Shown here: positions 37,044 to 50,800 of the stretch, piece by piece | Position numbering within the stretch: position 1 is the first letter of the stretch | How the letters are laid out: each line of letters starts with the position of its first letter | Assembly (NCBI GenBank): GCA_000708835.1 | Contig: DF237253.1 | Span: forward strand, 43,291 to 107,290 | DNA length: 64,000 nucleotides | Origin: Klebsormidium nitens | Lineage: Eukaryota; Plantae; Klebsormidiophyceae | Reading direction: 5' to 3' | Position numbers and translations under genes: made by a program | The notes under the pieces: model-generated | Told to the model about the DNA's origin: nothing | Database searches by the model: none | The model's input: only the letters and a program-made list of their open reading frames with translations

Positions 37044-40000
37044 TCAAGCCAACCCACCGTCGTCCACCCTCATCCGTCGCAACCTCTGCAGCAACTCCTC
37101 CGCCGTGCTTAGACTACTCGTACCACTAGTTATTTCCGCTTTTCGACTTTGATGCACAGCACCATAACCCTCCATCTTCATAGTCGCGGCGCTTGTAACC
37201 CCAAACGAGAGCCCAACTTTTTTGCTGTTGGCGGCACCCAATCCGTCTTCCTTCAACCGCCGCAGAGTGGACATGAGCTGCTCGTGAGCGGACGGAGGAC
37301 CCGCAGCTGCGTTCGGACGGTCCGAAGCGGACCGGACGAACGACTCCGGTCGGACAAACGGACTGCCTGACCGATGATGTTGAAAGAGACTATAAACCTG
37401 CGGAGTGGTCGCGGAAAGGAGGTCGTTGTTCCAGATATGAACATCTTTTGAGAGCCACAGCCTGTGATTTTGCACGCGATTGGATGGTTCCTCAGCGGTG
37501 ATGCTTCCTCGCTTTCCATTGACCTCCAATTACTTGAGGATTTCGAGCTGGGCTACGCAACCCGCTCGCTTGCGGCGTCTATCACAACAGACACAACGAA
37601 TTTTTACGTGCTTACGGGCGGCATAGCCATCTTGCCAGACGCTACCCGACAAGAGAGAAACGAGTGAAACGTACGACTGAGGTTGATTAACTCCGTCGAA
37701 AACCAGCAGAGTCGGCTCAAGAGCGGACGAACCGTCTGCCCCATCTGCACTCGGAACCTGACACACCTTCACTTTTTCCGACCAGCATAGCCGACCTCTG
37801 ACAGACTTGCCCTGATTTAATCTCAAAGGCTCAACCTTTCAAATTCTTAACAAAAGAATCTGGCGCCTCTGCGCCATGATCATCTGGCCAGACCAAGTTA
37901 ACCCTCTGCCGAGCTCTGAGGGTGGTATACACGGACTTTTCTCCAAGCACGACGGCCAGCAAATCGCACTTCAGTCGCCTTAGCGAGAGGCAACCCCGAC
38001 TCGTCTGATACCAACGCTATCGAAACGGCTCCAGCAGTTGTTCTCAGGTGAAAACGGAAGGAAAATGTGTTTACACTGCCTTAACGGCAGCCCTTTCTCC
38101 TCGACTCTATCTGGATCGTGGACTTCGGATCTGAAAGGAAGACTCCGAAAGAGAGAGCTTTGAGAAGGTGAAAGCCTCCATATCTCTCGACGGGGTCTTA
38201 CCCGTCCCTGTGCGTCCGCCACGTTCTCCTTCTCTACAGTCCGCCGGTACTCGCTGCCAAACAGTGGCCCCGGAAGATCATTCGCGCGAGCCTTGTCACC
38301 CTCGCATCCCGTCTTCCGCCCCTCAAAGCGCGCCCTCGACCCCTCCTGGCTTCCATACGTCTCCTGACTCCGGTTCGTATCCCGCCGTTGCCTTAGCACG
38401 CCCCCATTCACCGCTTTCCCGAGGGGCCCCTCGTCTGCCTGTTTTGCAAACATCTCGTTCAGCGCCCGTTCCTTTTCCAGCATGTCTCGGACGCCCGACA
38501 TCGCGTCCGAAGGGGGATCTTCCGTCCGAAACGGTCCTTTAGATCCCAAACTTTCTGTACGAGTGAGACCTGGGTCGTGTCCCGCTGCTTTCTTCTGGTT
38601 GCCAGCGAATCCGCCCGTAAGCGGCACTTTGCGGCCGAACCCTCCGCTCACCGGTCTGCTAACCTCCGGCCCTCGGGACGTCTTTCCGTCCCTTTCCGAT
38701 GTCATCCCCGTCCCCTCTGACGTCATCCCCGCCCCCTCTGACGTCAGCCCTGCCCCCAGGTTGGACGCCAACTCTCCATCTACTGCAAACCTCCCAACAA
38801 GCGGAGCTTTCCGCGCAGGTCTCTCCCTATCAATTACGCTTTTTGACCTTTCCCAACTGTGCACACCCCCTTTGAGATTCCCGCTTGACTCAGCCTGGTG
38901 GTGCCCAGTAACACCGCTGCTGGAGTGCGGTGCGTCAGAGGCAAAGAGCGGGTTGGTCGCAACCCAAGGGCCCCGGTTGAGATTAGGTTTGAACAGGGGT
39001 GGGTGCTGAGGAGCGGCTGATTCTTTGCGGGTGGAGGAAGCGGCATCGAAGCTGCGGAGATTGTCGTCCCATGCTTGCTTTCGGACCTGCAAATCAAGAT
39101 CGACTTGATTCCGATTACGTTTCTCGGACACACCTGAGGAGGAGTCTGGCAACGAAAGTAACTCCAGTCTCTCGACTGCAATATATGACCAAAATGAGCA
39201 AGGTCAGAATCCTAAGAATCTAGTTTTGGAAGGCAACAAGAGTCCAAGCACTAAAAGTCTCTGGATTGTTGAGACGACACTTGCAGGTTGACATGCAAAG
39301 GCTCGGTCCCCCAAGAATAAATATTCATTAAAAATGGAAAGCACTTGAAAGATAGTCCCCAAACGAGATCCTAAGCAATCAGACAACTAGCATCAGACCT
39401 TCTGTATACAAAGAATCTCAATTCAAGCGACTCAAAAACTACGCTTGGACACGGTACATCTGAACATTGGACATTTGAAAGTTTGACAAAAACACGTTGA
39501 TGCATACCTGGGCCTTAGCCTTTGACTTGTCCAGCTGCCGCAGCCACCGCTCCCTCTTCTCGTGCCACGACTCCTCACTTTCCGTCGCAACCCTTCCGCC
39601 GCCATACCCCCTCCGCTGCTGAAATGCAGGGTCCGACATCCGCACACCCCCCCCAAACTCCCCTGCAGAGACACCCCCCCCTACAGGAACGTCCCTCCTA
39701 AAAGCACTGCGCTCCCCCTCTCGCACAACCCTTGCGTGCGGCAATGCGTTGACCGACTGCCGGAGCTTCTCCTCGAACTCAGCACTCTTCCGGAGGATGC
39801 AATCGATGCAGGGCGCGGCGAGGAGCGCCCGTTGTTTGTTGAACATGGCCCGCCGGACGGGGTCGGACAGAGCAGCGTATGCTTCGGACACCCATTTGAA
39901 CGCCTCTCCCGCACGAGCGCTGCTGTTCTTGTCGGGATGACAGTGTAGGGCTGCAGCGAGGTGACCTCATGCTTAGGTAGCAGTTCTCTTGTTGGACAGC

Positions 40001-41193
40001 TTGGTAGAGGGACGAAATCTCCTCAAATGACTACTTGCTGGTACGTTTGAATCATTGCCACAGCCAAAATGTGTATGTGTATAAGCAGTTGATGGGGCAA
40101 GTTATGGAGCTTTCTGCAGGGCTGCCAAATCACAGGGCATGGCGTGCTTGACCAGAAGTTCCAACCGCTGTGTTGGGCCCCGTTCCTTGTTTTGAAAAAA
40201 CCAGTTCTTTGGAACAGTACTCTGACCAGACTGGAAGGTTGGCAGAAAAGCTACGTGTGGGCGATCGGAGTCAGGCACAAATGTTATCAAAACGAGTTAC
40301 AGGGTCTGGCAAGCAACCAAGTGTGCATTGCAAGTTATCCTTGTAAATAGAGAGTTTGCCATTCATTAGATCAAGGGTTTCTTCAGGGCTTGTGAGAAGG
40401 GGCAATTGCGCTCAGCTAGCGCAGAGATTCAGGTTTTGGTTTTTGGTGAACCGCTAGCTCAGGCTGCAAAATTGGAGAAGGAGCTTGCTTTCTTTGCCTC
40501 TAAGTAGTGCCGCACTCGATTCTTCATGGCTGGATATTGCATGCAAGGGGCACTCAAGATCAGCAATCAGCAGGCAGCAACTTAAGCAGTTCCGAACCGA
40601 CAATCAAGTACTCTCGTTGAAGCATGATCTGCGCCTCATGAGATGCATCTCAGTTAACACATCCATCAATCTCTGTATTGCTGTAAGCACACTTGAGGAA
40701 GCAGGAATTGCTGATATGCGGTATTGACAAAAGGTATCAAGCAACTAAGCCAAAAAGTTGCTTTCACGAGTTAAGCAAAGATGCATCAGCTCTGAACTAA
40801 TCTGCAACGCCGGCCACTTGTTACGAAGGACACCCCACTAACTTCAGAAGCAGAGCCACGCCCTCCGTACTTACCATACTGCCTGAACTTCCTCTTGATA
40901 GCTGCATCGTCCCCTTCCGGATCCACTCTCAGTACCGCATACCAATCACACGCCAAATCGTTCTGCACGCCTTGTGTACACTCGCAACCACGCTTTACCC
41001 CCACCTTAACCGCGCTCATAACCTTGGCAACCGCCAGAGCCTCTCGCGCCCCTTTCGTGTCTGGGAAGCGGTTGTCAACTTCCTGCAGGATGGCCAGAGC
41101 TGCTTGCACTTGCCCCGCCGCCATTTGCACCTCTGCTTTGATCAAAAGGGCATGGGCCTCCTCTTGGGCATCTGGCTCACTTGAAGCTGCCAT
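37044..41193 (-). CDS. J-domain (DnaJ type C) protein with N-terminal helical/TPR-like segment and long disordered C-terminus
   Basis: Exon 41193-40875 (DWYAVLRVDPEGDDAAIKRKFRQY) plus exon 39950-39508 (ALHCHPDKNSSARAGEAFKWVSEAYAALSDPVRRAMFN) form a complete J-domain with HPD. Exon 39086-38202 follows in phase. The last exon (~37397-37044) is tentative. Confidence 0.82.
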
Positions 41194-42239
41194 ACTTGAT
41201 CTGGCACGTCACCAGAGGTCAAAGGCCCTTTTGAAGACTGAGCAGTTGAGTGTGGAAGTGACTGTTTGACAAAGTTGGAAGTGCCCCTAGAGTGGAGGTT
41301 CGAAAAGAAGTGGATCTAATCAGGCCCCTCAGCGGTGTGGCTTGACAAACCAGAGCTGCAAACTAAACATGCAAGCCGGTACCATCATTGACCGCAGAAC
41401 TCTCAAAGAGAGCGCTGATCGACTTTTCCTGGGCAAAACACGGCTCAACCTCAGAGCTCCAAGCTCTCAATTATGGATGTTGGAATAGCTCGCCTACTTT
41501 TCAATAACAACCCTGTCCCAGATTTCGAGCTGATCAGTCCGGGCAAGGCGGCTTGAACACTGGCATGATTGTCTCAGGATCTGTACAGTTTCAGCCTTCC
41601 TGAGAACGCTCCCTCCTTTCTGACAGACTACAGCTCACAGCACGATTGGTGCTAGCGAATCAACCTGAGCAGGGGCATACGATCCGGAGCTCGAGATGAT
41701 GAGCAAGGATCAAACCAGCAGTCCAGTGCATGGCGCTGCGCGCAACACATGGTCCAAACAGAAGCTCTTCTTGTCCTCTTCTTGTCCCCACTGACCCCAG
41801 CTTGTCACACACAGAAGTTTTTGAGTCACGATGCTCGGATGCTCCCTTTCTGAGTCTCTTTGCCCGCCAGGCCACCGCGCGCCTATTCAAATTCAAGTGG
41901 ATCCAACGTGGCAGCAGTGGCATGCTTTCAACCGTCGATGGTGCCAGTCTGGCTCACTCAAACCACCCGATAAAGAGAAGGTTTCCCGCCAGCTGGGAGC
42001 TGTGTTCGCAGCAGACTCGAACGCGTCACCAGAATCTTTCAAAATTCGAGTGCAGCAGCCCTTCGTAAGCAGGGGGCGCAGGCGGGCGCAGAGCTGAGAG
42101 CATTGATTGAACTGTGGAAGAAGGAGCCTCTCAAGCGGGGCGAACAATTGACCTGCAAGGGATTTGTTCCCTACCGTATGTCTTGGAAGTGACAGTGCTG
42201 CTTCTGGAGGGATTTGACCTCCTCTATGCAAACAACGCA

Positions 42240-45200
42240 ATGCTGCGATCCGAGGGTCCCAAGCTGAGCTCGAAACCTAACCACAACCCCTCTTCTAGGA
42301 ATGGTCAATCTGTGGGGACTCAGGAAATACGTTCAAGGTTCGTACGTTTGGTAACACAGAGGCCCCTCGTCTGGTGCCAAAGCAAGAATGCACGTTTGAG
42401 CTTTTCAAAAGCCTGCCATCAAGCTGGACACTGCCCCTCATTGAGAAGTACAGATCCGGCGCAGTCATTTGATTCAGCATTACTAGGTGTTTCAAAGCTG
42501 AGGCCCATGCGGGGCATTGTTTACAACCCTGTCAAGACCAGCAAAAGGTCCACGGCTGTGATGGTGAAGCATGAAGATGCCGCTACCGGGCAGGGGATGC
42601 AGGATAATGTCAAGTTTTACACGCACACACTCTGTCCGTACGCTCATCGGGTGGCCCTCACTCTGATTGAGAAGGGTAAGCCTTGCGCTGCTGCCGAGTA
42701 CTTCTGACCAAAAATTGCTGCATTTTGGTTCTGATTGTGCTGTTTTTTGGGGCCAGCTTTAGGGTTGGGGCTGGGGCCTTGTCTGAGTTGCAGAAATGTA
42801 CGTGCTCGCTATCTGGGAGACCACTTGTCTGCGCCTGGTCTCTACTTAGACAAGGTTCGTGAATACTGAGCATTACGTGTGGTGTTAGGTCATGAAGGAG
42901 GAACTAACTTTTTGCCACCACTCTAGTCATTGTTCCAAGTTCAAAGAGGAAAAGATCGCAGGCCGCTTTCTAAATTTTGATACCGTGCTTCCAGAAGCCC
43001 GGGTTAAGCATGAAGAATGCCCACTTGTTCTTGAGCGACAGTACATCTTCCAAAATGTGACATACGAAAGGTTGACAAGCCTGGCATCAGCACTTCTACT
43101 TTTTCTGGAGGGAGAGAAGACAAGCTTGGCTTGGTGTATGTGCTGACATTACTGGCACTTCTGAAACAAAAGAGTAAGATTTGATGCGAATCAGGAAGAA
43201 CATCTGGTCTCGTTTGCAACAACATGTTATCACCGAAGATCTGATTGTGGCTTGGTAATATTCAACTAGAACCAAGTGCTAACTCACACCAGGGCAGGTG
43301 TGCAGGCTGAGACTATTCACATTGACCTCTCCAACAAGCCGGCGTGGTACCGGAAGGTCAACCCAAGGGGCCTGGTACCTGCACTAGTACATGGTGGGAA
43401 GACTCTTACGGAGAGTCTGGACCTTTGCCAGTATGTGGAGGAGCAGTTCCCTGGGCCGGCGCTTGTGCCGGCCACGACGGAAGAAAGGAGAGAAGCGGAG
43501 CGGCTGATTGGCCGCTGCGATCAGTTTGTGTCCGCGGTAAGTGGCTGGGTTTGGTGTTGCTCAGCACGGCCGACAAAGATTCATGTCGAAATTTAAGTGC
43601 GCGTCGCGTGGTTTTGTTCGGTTCTGTTACGTAAGGACTTCCTTGACCTGATATGCTGAAGTTGAAGATTGCCAAAAGGTCTTCATTGTACAAAGTGATA
43701 ATCCTGACCCGCTTATTGTTCAGCCGTGTTCGTGCCGCTTCGCAAATAAGCAGGTCCCAGTCTTTGCTGACTTGCGAGGGGATTGACTGTCTGGTCTTAC
43801 TAATGCCTCATAATTCACTTCAGAAAGCTGTTCTATCTTTCTGTTGGCCGCACTCACCGTGTGACACAAACAACAAATGCAAGTGTGGTGAGACAAAACG
43901 TGCAAGAACTTCCTTGGGATCACCCGTACATCACTGATTGGAGGTATCCCAAGAACGATACGCAGCCCCACCGAGGGGACCAATCATATCGTGTCCCATC
44001 CTTTGGTTTGAAATGCGGTTTGACTGTCTTAAAATCGTAAGATTCAGGCCAGCCGTCGATTAGAGTCTTCTTCCTTTGCGCCGCATGTGGTTCGAATCAC
44101 TTACTGTCCGCTATACCTACTAATTAGGGTCCAGGACTTCAGTGGTTGACCCTAGCTGGGTGGGATCAGTAGCCAGCCTTGTCACTAACCCATCGTTAAT
44201 CCGCTTCTGCAGGGCCTCCAGTTCCTGTCTGATCCAAGCAGCGGTTCCTGGTCTCTTCCCGGAGGTCAGATCCCAGTTAAGAAAACGGGATCGGAGGTAA
44301 CAGCTTTTGAGCGCGAGCTCGTCTGGTTGGAGGAGACCCTGCAGAGGCATGGGGGCCCGTTCTTCATGGGCGTCAAAATAACGCTGGTGAGTATATGGAC
44401 GTATTTCTGTTACCTGCCCTCTCCTCAGCAAGTTGCGACCGATTTGGGGTCTTGTACAAGACGAAGATCCGACGAACGAGGAAGCAGTAAGCAGTATCTG
44501 ACGGAGATGTTTACTTCCTTGTCGACCTGTCGGTTCTTCTCGGGTTCCCTCCTCATCCTTCTTAATCTATCCTTTCTGCCTTTTCTTTCTGTTGAAAGTG
44601 CCTGGCTTGTGCGTCGGTGAGGTATTCCAAGGTTTCAGAAGCTGTCGTCCAAGATAGAGCTGCTGGTTCAGAGTCGACCACGTTGTAAGGGCGACTGAGG
44701 CTGCGGCTCAACCGCCTACTTTTTTGTTTTTCATATTTACACGTCTTATTGAGATCTTCATGTTCTCAAACTTTACTTCTTTTCGGCCCCTGTCTCAATC
44801 GACTTGAATGTCTGAAGGAGGGTGAGAACCACCTTGGCATTCTGAGGCACAGATGGAACGGCGCTTATGTTTGAGACTGCAAGCAGACTTTACTGAGAGC
44901 AGATTATTGGCCAGTGGTTTCATCACTTCAGCCGCGTCCTTTTTCCCCTTAAATAGAAGTCATTCGCCGGTTGCTTTCATTGGTCGAACATTGGCCGCCC
45001 CGTTTCTGGAAGTCTTGAGGCCTTTGAATGCTCCAAGCGCCTGCATTCCTTCGTCATTTGAATGCTCCAAGCGCCTGCATTCCTTCGTCAAAAGACCGCT
45101 CCGCATTTTTCCAGCCTGCTCATCCTTTATGCTCACGAAAAATGAATAGCATGCCAAGGCAACTTGAAGCTCCGACTAACACTAAAACTCTAACCCAAAG

Positions 45201-45687
45201 ATAACGTACTCCGCACCCCTATCCATCTTATACCTCCAAATCAACAAACCCGTCCCAGTGCGCTTACCTTGGTCTTACTTAACTTGTTGTCATCTTTTAA
45301 TACTTGACTTCGTTGCTGATTGTGAAAGATACCAAAGGATCCCAGTTCACGTTGTGGGTTCTCATTTGAGATGGATCTGCCACCGGTCACTAGGACATTA
45401 TGACCCTTCGAAGTCTGAGTTGCCGCTCATTTTGCCCGCAGGTCGACCTTGTATACTTCCCCTTCGTCGACCGTTTCGCTCTTGCCGGCCCCGCCTTCGT
45501 AGATTCTAGCGTGTGTGCTCTCTTTGGGAGGGGGGCGCTCCAGATGTTCTTGAAAGGAATTCGGGAAAGAGACTCGTACCGACTCACGTCAGCCGCTCCT
45601 TCGGATCATCTGGCAGGTTTAAAGAAGTATAGGTCGTTGGACTACTTCGATTATGTGTCAGCGTCAATGGAACGACCTTGTCCATAA
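42240..45687 (+). CDS. Cys-type glutathione transferase (lambda/omega-like), possibly plastid-targeted
   Basis: Exons ending 42675 (VKFYTHTLCPYAHRVALTLIEK), 43298-43536 (IDLSNKPAWYRKVNPRGLVPAL..TESLDLCQY), 44213-44386 (GPFFMGVKITL) and 45442-45687 (VDLVYFPFVDRF..*). Start is uncertain (ATG 42240, 42508 or 42561). Confidence 0.88.
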
Positions 45688-47827
45688 GCCTCACTTTTCT
45701 CGGAACCGGTTTGATAATCAATGCTTCCCTATTCTGTTTAGGCATGCATTGACGGAGAACTACTGTGTTGCCATCTCTAAATTGGATCATAATTAGACGG
45801 CCTCTGCCTCCGATGCTTGATCCCGCAATGCTTGAGCCGGCACCATGACCCATTCTGCAGTAGTGCATATGTATAGGCTGATGTAATCAGCGCAAAAAGA
45901 ATGCAGGTCCTTATAGGTGCATGTTACGGTGAACCAGTGCATGATTTTGCTCAGTGGGACTCCGATCAAACATACGTCTGATAAAGTGAGAGGGGCATCG
46001 ATGATCATTCTTCATGCTAGCTTCGGGTTGCTTTACAAGCAGAATCCAGTAATAATGATGCAGTTCGAAGCATCGGCCTCCAGAATCTCGTTTAGTCTCT
46101 TACCTGCTTGTCGCACGGTACGTCGAGTCCAGTGATCCTGTGATGGAAAATCTGCACAGTGCACTTCATTGCAATTCTTCTTTGCAAAACGGAACTGCAA
46201 AACGGAAGCGGAGTCATCTTAATCCCCTCCCTGATTTTACGGCGGAAGATAGTATATTTATTTTCGACATCCCCCGGTTATTGATAGCTACCGCGAGCAT
46301 GCACCGGGTGGTTCCATAAGCTACACAGCCCGCCGCAAGTGGGCTGACATCAGCCAGGGTCCTTCCCCGACCACCCAGGTCCGCTCCATGGAGGATGCAC
46401 GGGTTGCCAGGTGGCAGTACGTAATTGCAAGGATGTCGTCATCCCCGCTCCCGCCCGGTAGGGAGGAGCAATTACATACCGGTATCCATTCAGTGAGGTC
46501 CGACCGGGAGTCGGTGTCAAACGGCCAACCTCATGGTGCAGACTGCACGGCGACGTGGAAAGGGGCCCGGATGGTGCACCCCGGGCAAGCTGAATCTGTT
46601 CGGGCGCCGCACGGTAGCTACTAGGTACCGTACATGTATGCGCCCGCCCGGAGTCTATGGCGGGGAGCGATCCCTCTGGCATTCTACAGACTGCAGACTA
46701 CAGAGTACGGTACAGGCTACAGGCTATGTACAACATTCCAGCTTGTGTTCAGCATTCAGGAAGGCAGGAACATTGGCGGGGGATTGGCGGTTTCTGAATC
46801 TTAGGCAGGTCCTTATTTCTCAAGGGAATCTAGGAGTCTGTGAGGAGGAGTCCGTGCTGGTCCGCTACTTTGCCATCCTCTGCAGAACCTTGAAAGGGCG
46901 TGCAAGCTGCCAGGCGCCGGGCTTGGCAAAGATTCTGGATGCAGCAGAACGGGCTGAAGATAAAGGCAATGCCGCAGAACGGGTTGGGAATGTAGGCCAG
47001 CTCGTGAGTTATTTCTAGAAAGCTCCTCATATGAAACAAGCTGGGGGACGGAACGAGTCCACATCGCAAACTGCTTCAAATGTGAGTGGTGTGGACATCT
47101 CTTGCGACTCTTCTCGCGCTTTTTCAAGCCAGGCAACTTTGGCTTAGTCAGCATTGGAGATTAATCGATGATAAAAGGGTTTCAACGAGAATGTGATGCT
47201 CGTCAAGTCTAGTTGAGGTCTCTTCAATGTTGGTCTTACCACAGTTCTCACCATTCTCACAAGGCGAAGACGCTCTTTCGAAGGGGAAATGTGTCTGGAT
47301 AGTAGATCAGCACCGCCTTTGATTATATTGATAGAAGAAATTAAGCTGATGAGGGTTTGCAGGATGAGACCTAAAGCAGAAATGGTTGATGTCAAAAGCA
47401 GAAACTAAGCTGCCTCGATTCAGAATGGATGCCAATGTCAATTTCAGAAGACTCATCAGAGTTAAGTTGCCGAAATCTTCTCAACACCGACACCTTTCGT
47501 AGTTGCAGATCAGATAGGTCTTGCCTACACAACATGTTTTGGGTGGCTTCGGGTGGCTTTCCAACTTGTAGTGGAAGGCATTGGAAGACTGTGGTAGAAT
47601 GGTATTATCTATGGCGTTGAAAGGTAGTAGGGGGACAGCCGATCTGAGAATCCGGACTCATCAATAAAGTTTGACATGTTGTAGTAACCATCGTGTCCTT
47701 CTAGGACGTCTTCTTTTGTATCCTCTCCCGCAAGTCTCAGTAGTTCCGGTGGCAATGTTCCATCTTGCGACTAGATGCCAGGCATCCTAACACCCTGCAT
47801 TAACTTCCGCAGGTCTGGCATCCAACA

Positions 47828-50800
47828 ATGGGTACTCCTCGGAACATTCCCCTCGCCCCACTTCTTGTCACCTTGCTGGCACTAGGGCTGTTCACACCGG
47901 TGACCCCATTCACACTAGCCGACCTCCAAGTGGATAACCTTTCCAGCCAGACTGTTCTCAACATAAGCTATAGAAGCTCCGGAGACACCCGCCTCTCAGG
48001 GCCTATTCCCACCGAACTTGGGGGCCTGACGAACCTCACAACCCTCGTGCTGACACAACACAACCTTTCCGGAGGGATCCCCCCCGAGCTGGGTAACCTA
48101 ACCGGGCTCCAGTATCTGGACATCTCAAACAACAGTTTGAGTGGGACTATTCCACCGCAGCTAGGGCGGTTAACCAGCCTAACCCACTTTCAGTTGAGCG
48201 TGAACCGTCTTTTTGGGTCGATTCCTGCCGAGTTAGGCAACCTGGTTAATGTAACCTATTTCGAGCTCAGTTACAATGGACTGTCGGGCCCCATTCCTGG
48301 GGCGCTTGGCAATTTGACCCGCCTTGTGGACTGGGAAATGCACGACAACAATCTGACGGGGCCTCTTCCCCCAGAGATCGGAAACATGGCTAGCTTAACC
48401 ATAATGGCATTGCAAACCAACCAAATCAATGGGTCACTGCCTCCAGACATAGGAAAGCTGACGAACCTTGAGAGCCTGTCCCTGTATCAGAACCAGCTTT
48501 CCGGTCCGCTTCCGGCGGAACTTGGTAATATGACCAGTCTCAAGTCCATAACCCTCTGGAACAATAGCCTATCGGGGCCCATCCCATATGAGATCGGCGG
48601 CCTCCCAAACCTCCAACAAGTCTTCATGGAGAACAACACCTTTTCGGGCGACATTCCCGCAAGCATCGGTAACCTAACCCGCTTGTTGTTTCTGGGTGTG
48701 TCGAATAATTCGCTCTCCGGTTCGATTCCCCCATCACTCGGGAATCTGTCATCCGCCAGCTATCTCGGTCTGGGCGGCAACAAACTGACTGGATTCATCC
48801 CCCCCGAACTGGGCAACTTACCAGCGATGCAAAGCCTGGACTTCAGCAACAACAACCTGACGGGGCCGATCCCCCAAGAGCTTGCAAACGTCACTTCGTT
48901 AAGCAGACTTTTCTTAAACGGAAACCAACTCTCCGGTTCGCCCCCCCCGCGGCTCGCATCCCTTCCCAGCCTGGTCTCTCTAGACCTGCGAAACAACAGT
49001 CTCTCGGGGGTGATCTCTCCGGAGTTCGCCGCTAGATTTGGACCCGAAAACGTTCTACCGGGCAACCCATTCCTTAGCGTCGGGACTGCACCGGGCCCCT
49101 TGGCGCCCCCCCCCCTCATTCCAGCCCCCCAGCCAGCTGTATCTGCCCCCCCGCCAGCTTTTTAACATCTCCCCAACCCCTGGCGCTATCCTTGCCCCCT
49201 CGCCAGCTGTCAATGCACCGCCCCCATCAGTGGTCTTTACCCCCCAGCCAGCTGTCATGACCGCTCCGCCAGGTGTCGCATCCCCCCTGCCAGCTGTCAG
49301 CATAACCTCGTCAGCAACCGCCCCTCCAAACTCCCTCTCTACCACCCCAACAGAAGAATCTTCTTCGGGGGGATCCCCGGTCGTCATCGGTGCCGCTGCG
49401 GCGGGCGGCGCGGCCGCGGTTCTCGCGGCCGCCCTTGTAGGGTTCTGCCTCTACCGACGCCGAAAACGGAACCGAAACCAGAATTTCGGTCCCATTCCCC
49501 TGGCGCCAAAAGCGGGGTCCCCGAACGAATCTGGGCCGTTCGATCAGCCCCCATCGACGAGCAGCGGCGGCTCCCGTTTCTCCGGCGTGCCCCCTTCCCA
49601 GGTGCTTAACTCTATCTATTTCTTCACTGTCATGCGACAATTGTTCCTAGAACTTTCGTCTTGGCTTCCTTCTTCGTAAGAATGTCATGCCACAGTTGTT
49701 CTTCTCTTCCTTCGTCTTAGCTTCTTCATCAGTATCAACAAATCATTCTGCACAAAGGGACATTCGTCTTCATATGCCGCAGGGGTAACAGCCCGATTAG
49801 TGACTTTGCTAGTGGGGCTATGGCTTCCTTTGAGAAGAGTAAATTTGTCTCTTTCGGTGGAGAGATTTGGAGAGACCCCCGTGTCTTATTCCGTCCAGTC
49901 ATGGCTCCTTGGATAGTCTTGCATCGTCCCACACGGAAGCGTAGCGTAAAACTCGACACAAGCTCTGGAGCTCCTTTTAGACGTTCTTATCTCTGTGCAC
50001 TTGCCAACAGATTGCCACCTGTTCCGGACCTCTGAAGGTTGCAGTACGCTGAGTCACGTTCGCTCTTGTCCCCTTTCAGCGGCACCTCTCACTGGACCAA
50101 GATTGGATGCCTCCAATGCTCACTGCATGCCAACAGAGTGCCCCATAGCGTTCCTGTTCTAGGCCTCTCTAAAGATCGCTCCAATCTGCTGAAACGCGGA
50201 CGCTCTTCATCCCCCTTCAGCGCCACTCCTGACTGGACACATTTTGGGTGCCGACAATGCTCACTGCATGCCGATCAAGAGTGCTGTAGCGTCTCCGTTC
50301 TAGACCTCTTTAAAGATCGCTCCCGTCAGCTGAAACGCGGACGCTTTTTAACCTCCTTCAGCGTTACTTCTCTTTGCACGAACTTTGGGCGGCTACGAAT
50401 GGTTGGAGTGAAGCGAATGTTATGGGCAGCAGTTCCTTTGAACTGGTATTCGATATGCCTCCCGACCGTACGATCGTGGTATTTAGCGGTCTCTGACACA
50501 CGTTCGCTTTTCCCCTTTTCAGCGTTACTTCTCACTGGACGAACTTTGGGCGGCTACGAATGGTTGGAGCGAAGCGAATATGGTGGGTAGCGGTTCCTTC
50601 GGAACGGTCTACCGGGGGATGCTTCCCGACCGTACGATCGTGGCCATCAAACGGCTGGATCAACGGCGCCGTGGCCGGGGCAGTGCGGTGGAGGAGCGTT
50701 CCTGGAACGCGGAACTGGCCGCACTGAGCAAGGTAAGGAACTTTCTCCAATTTCCTTGAGAAGACCTTCAGAATCCATTCAAAGAAAACAATCAGCTTAC

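Noticed and set aside
44085-44100. GGTTCGAATC (and GGTTCGAATG near 16350) as tRNA T-loops
   Set aside because: No cloverleaf stems or A-box in the flanks.
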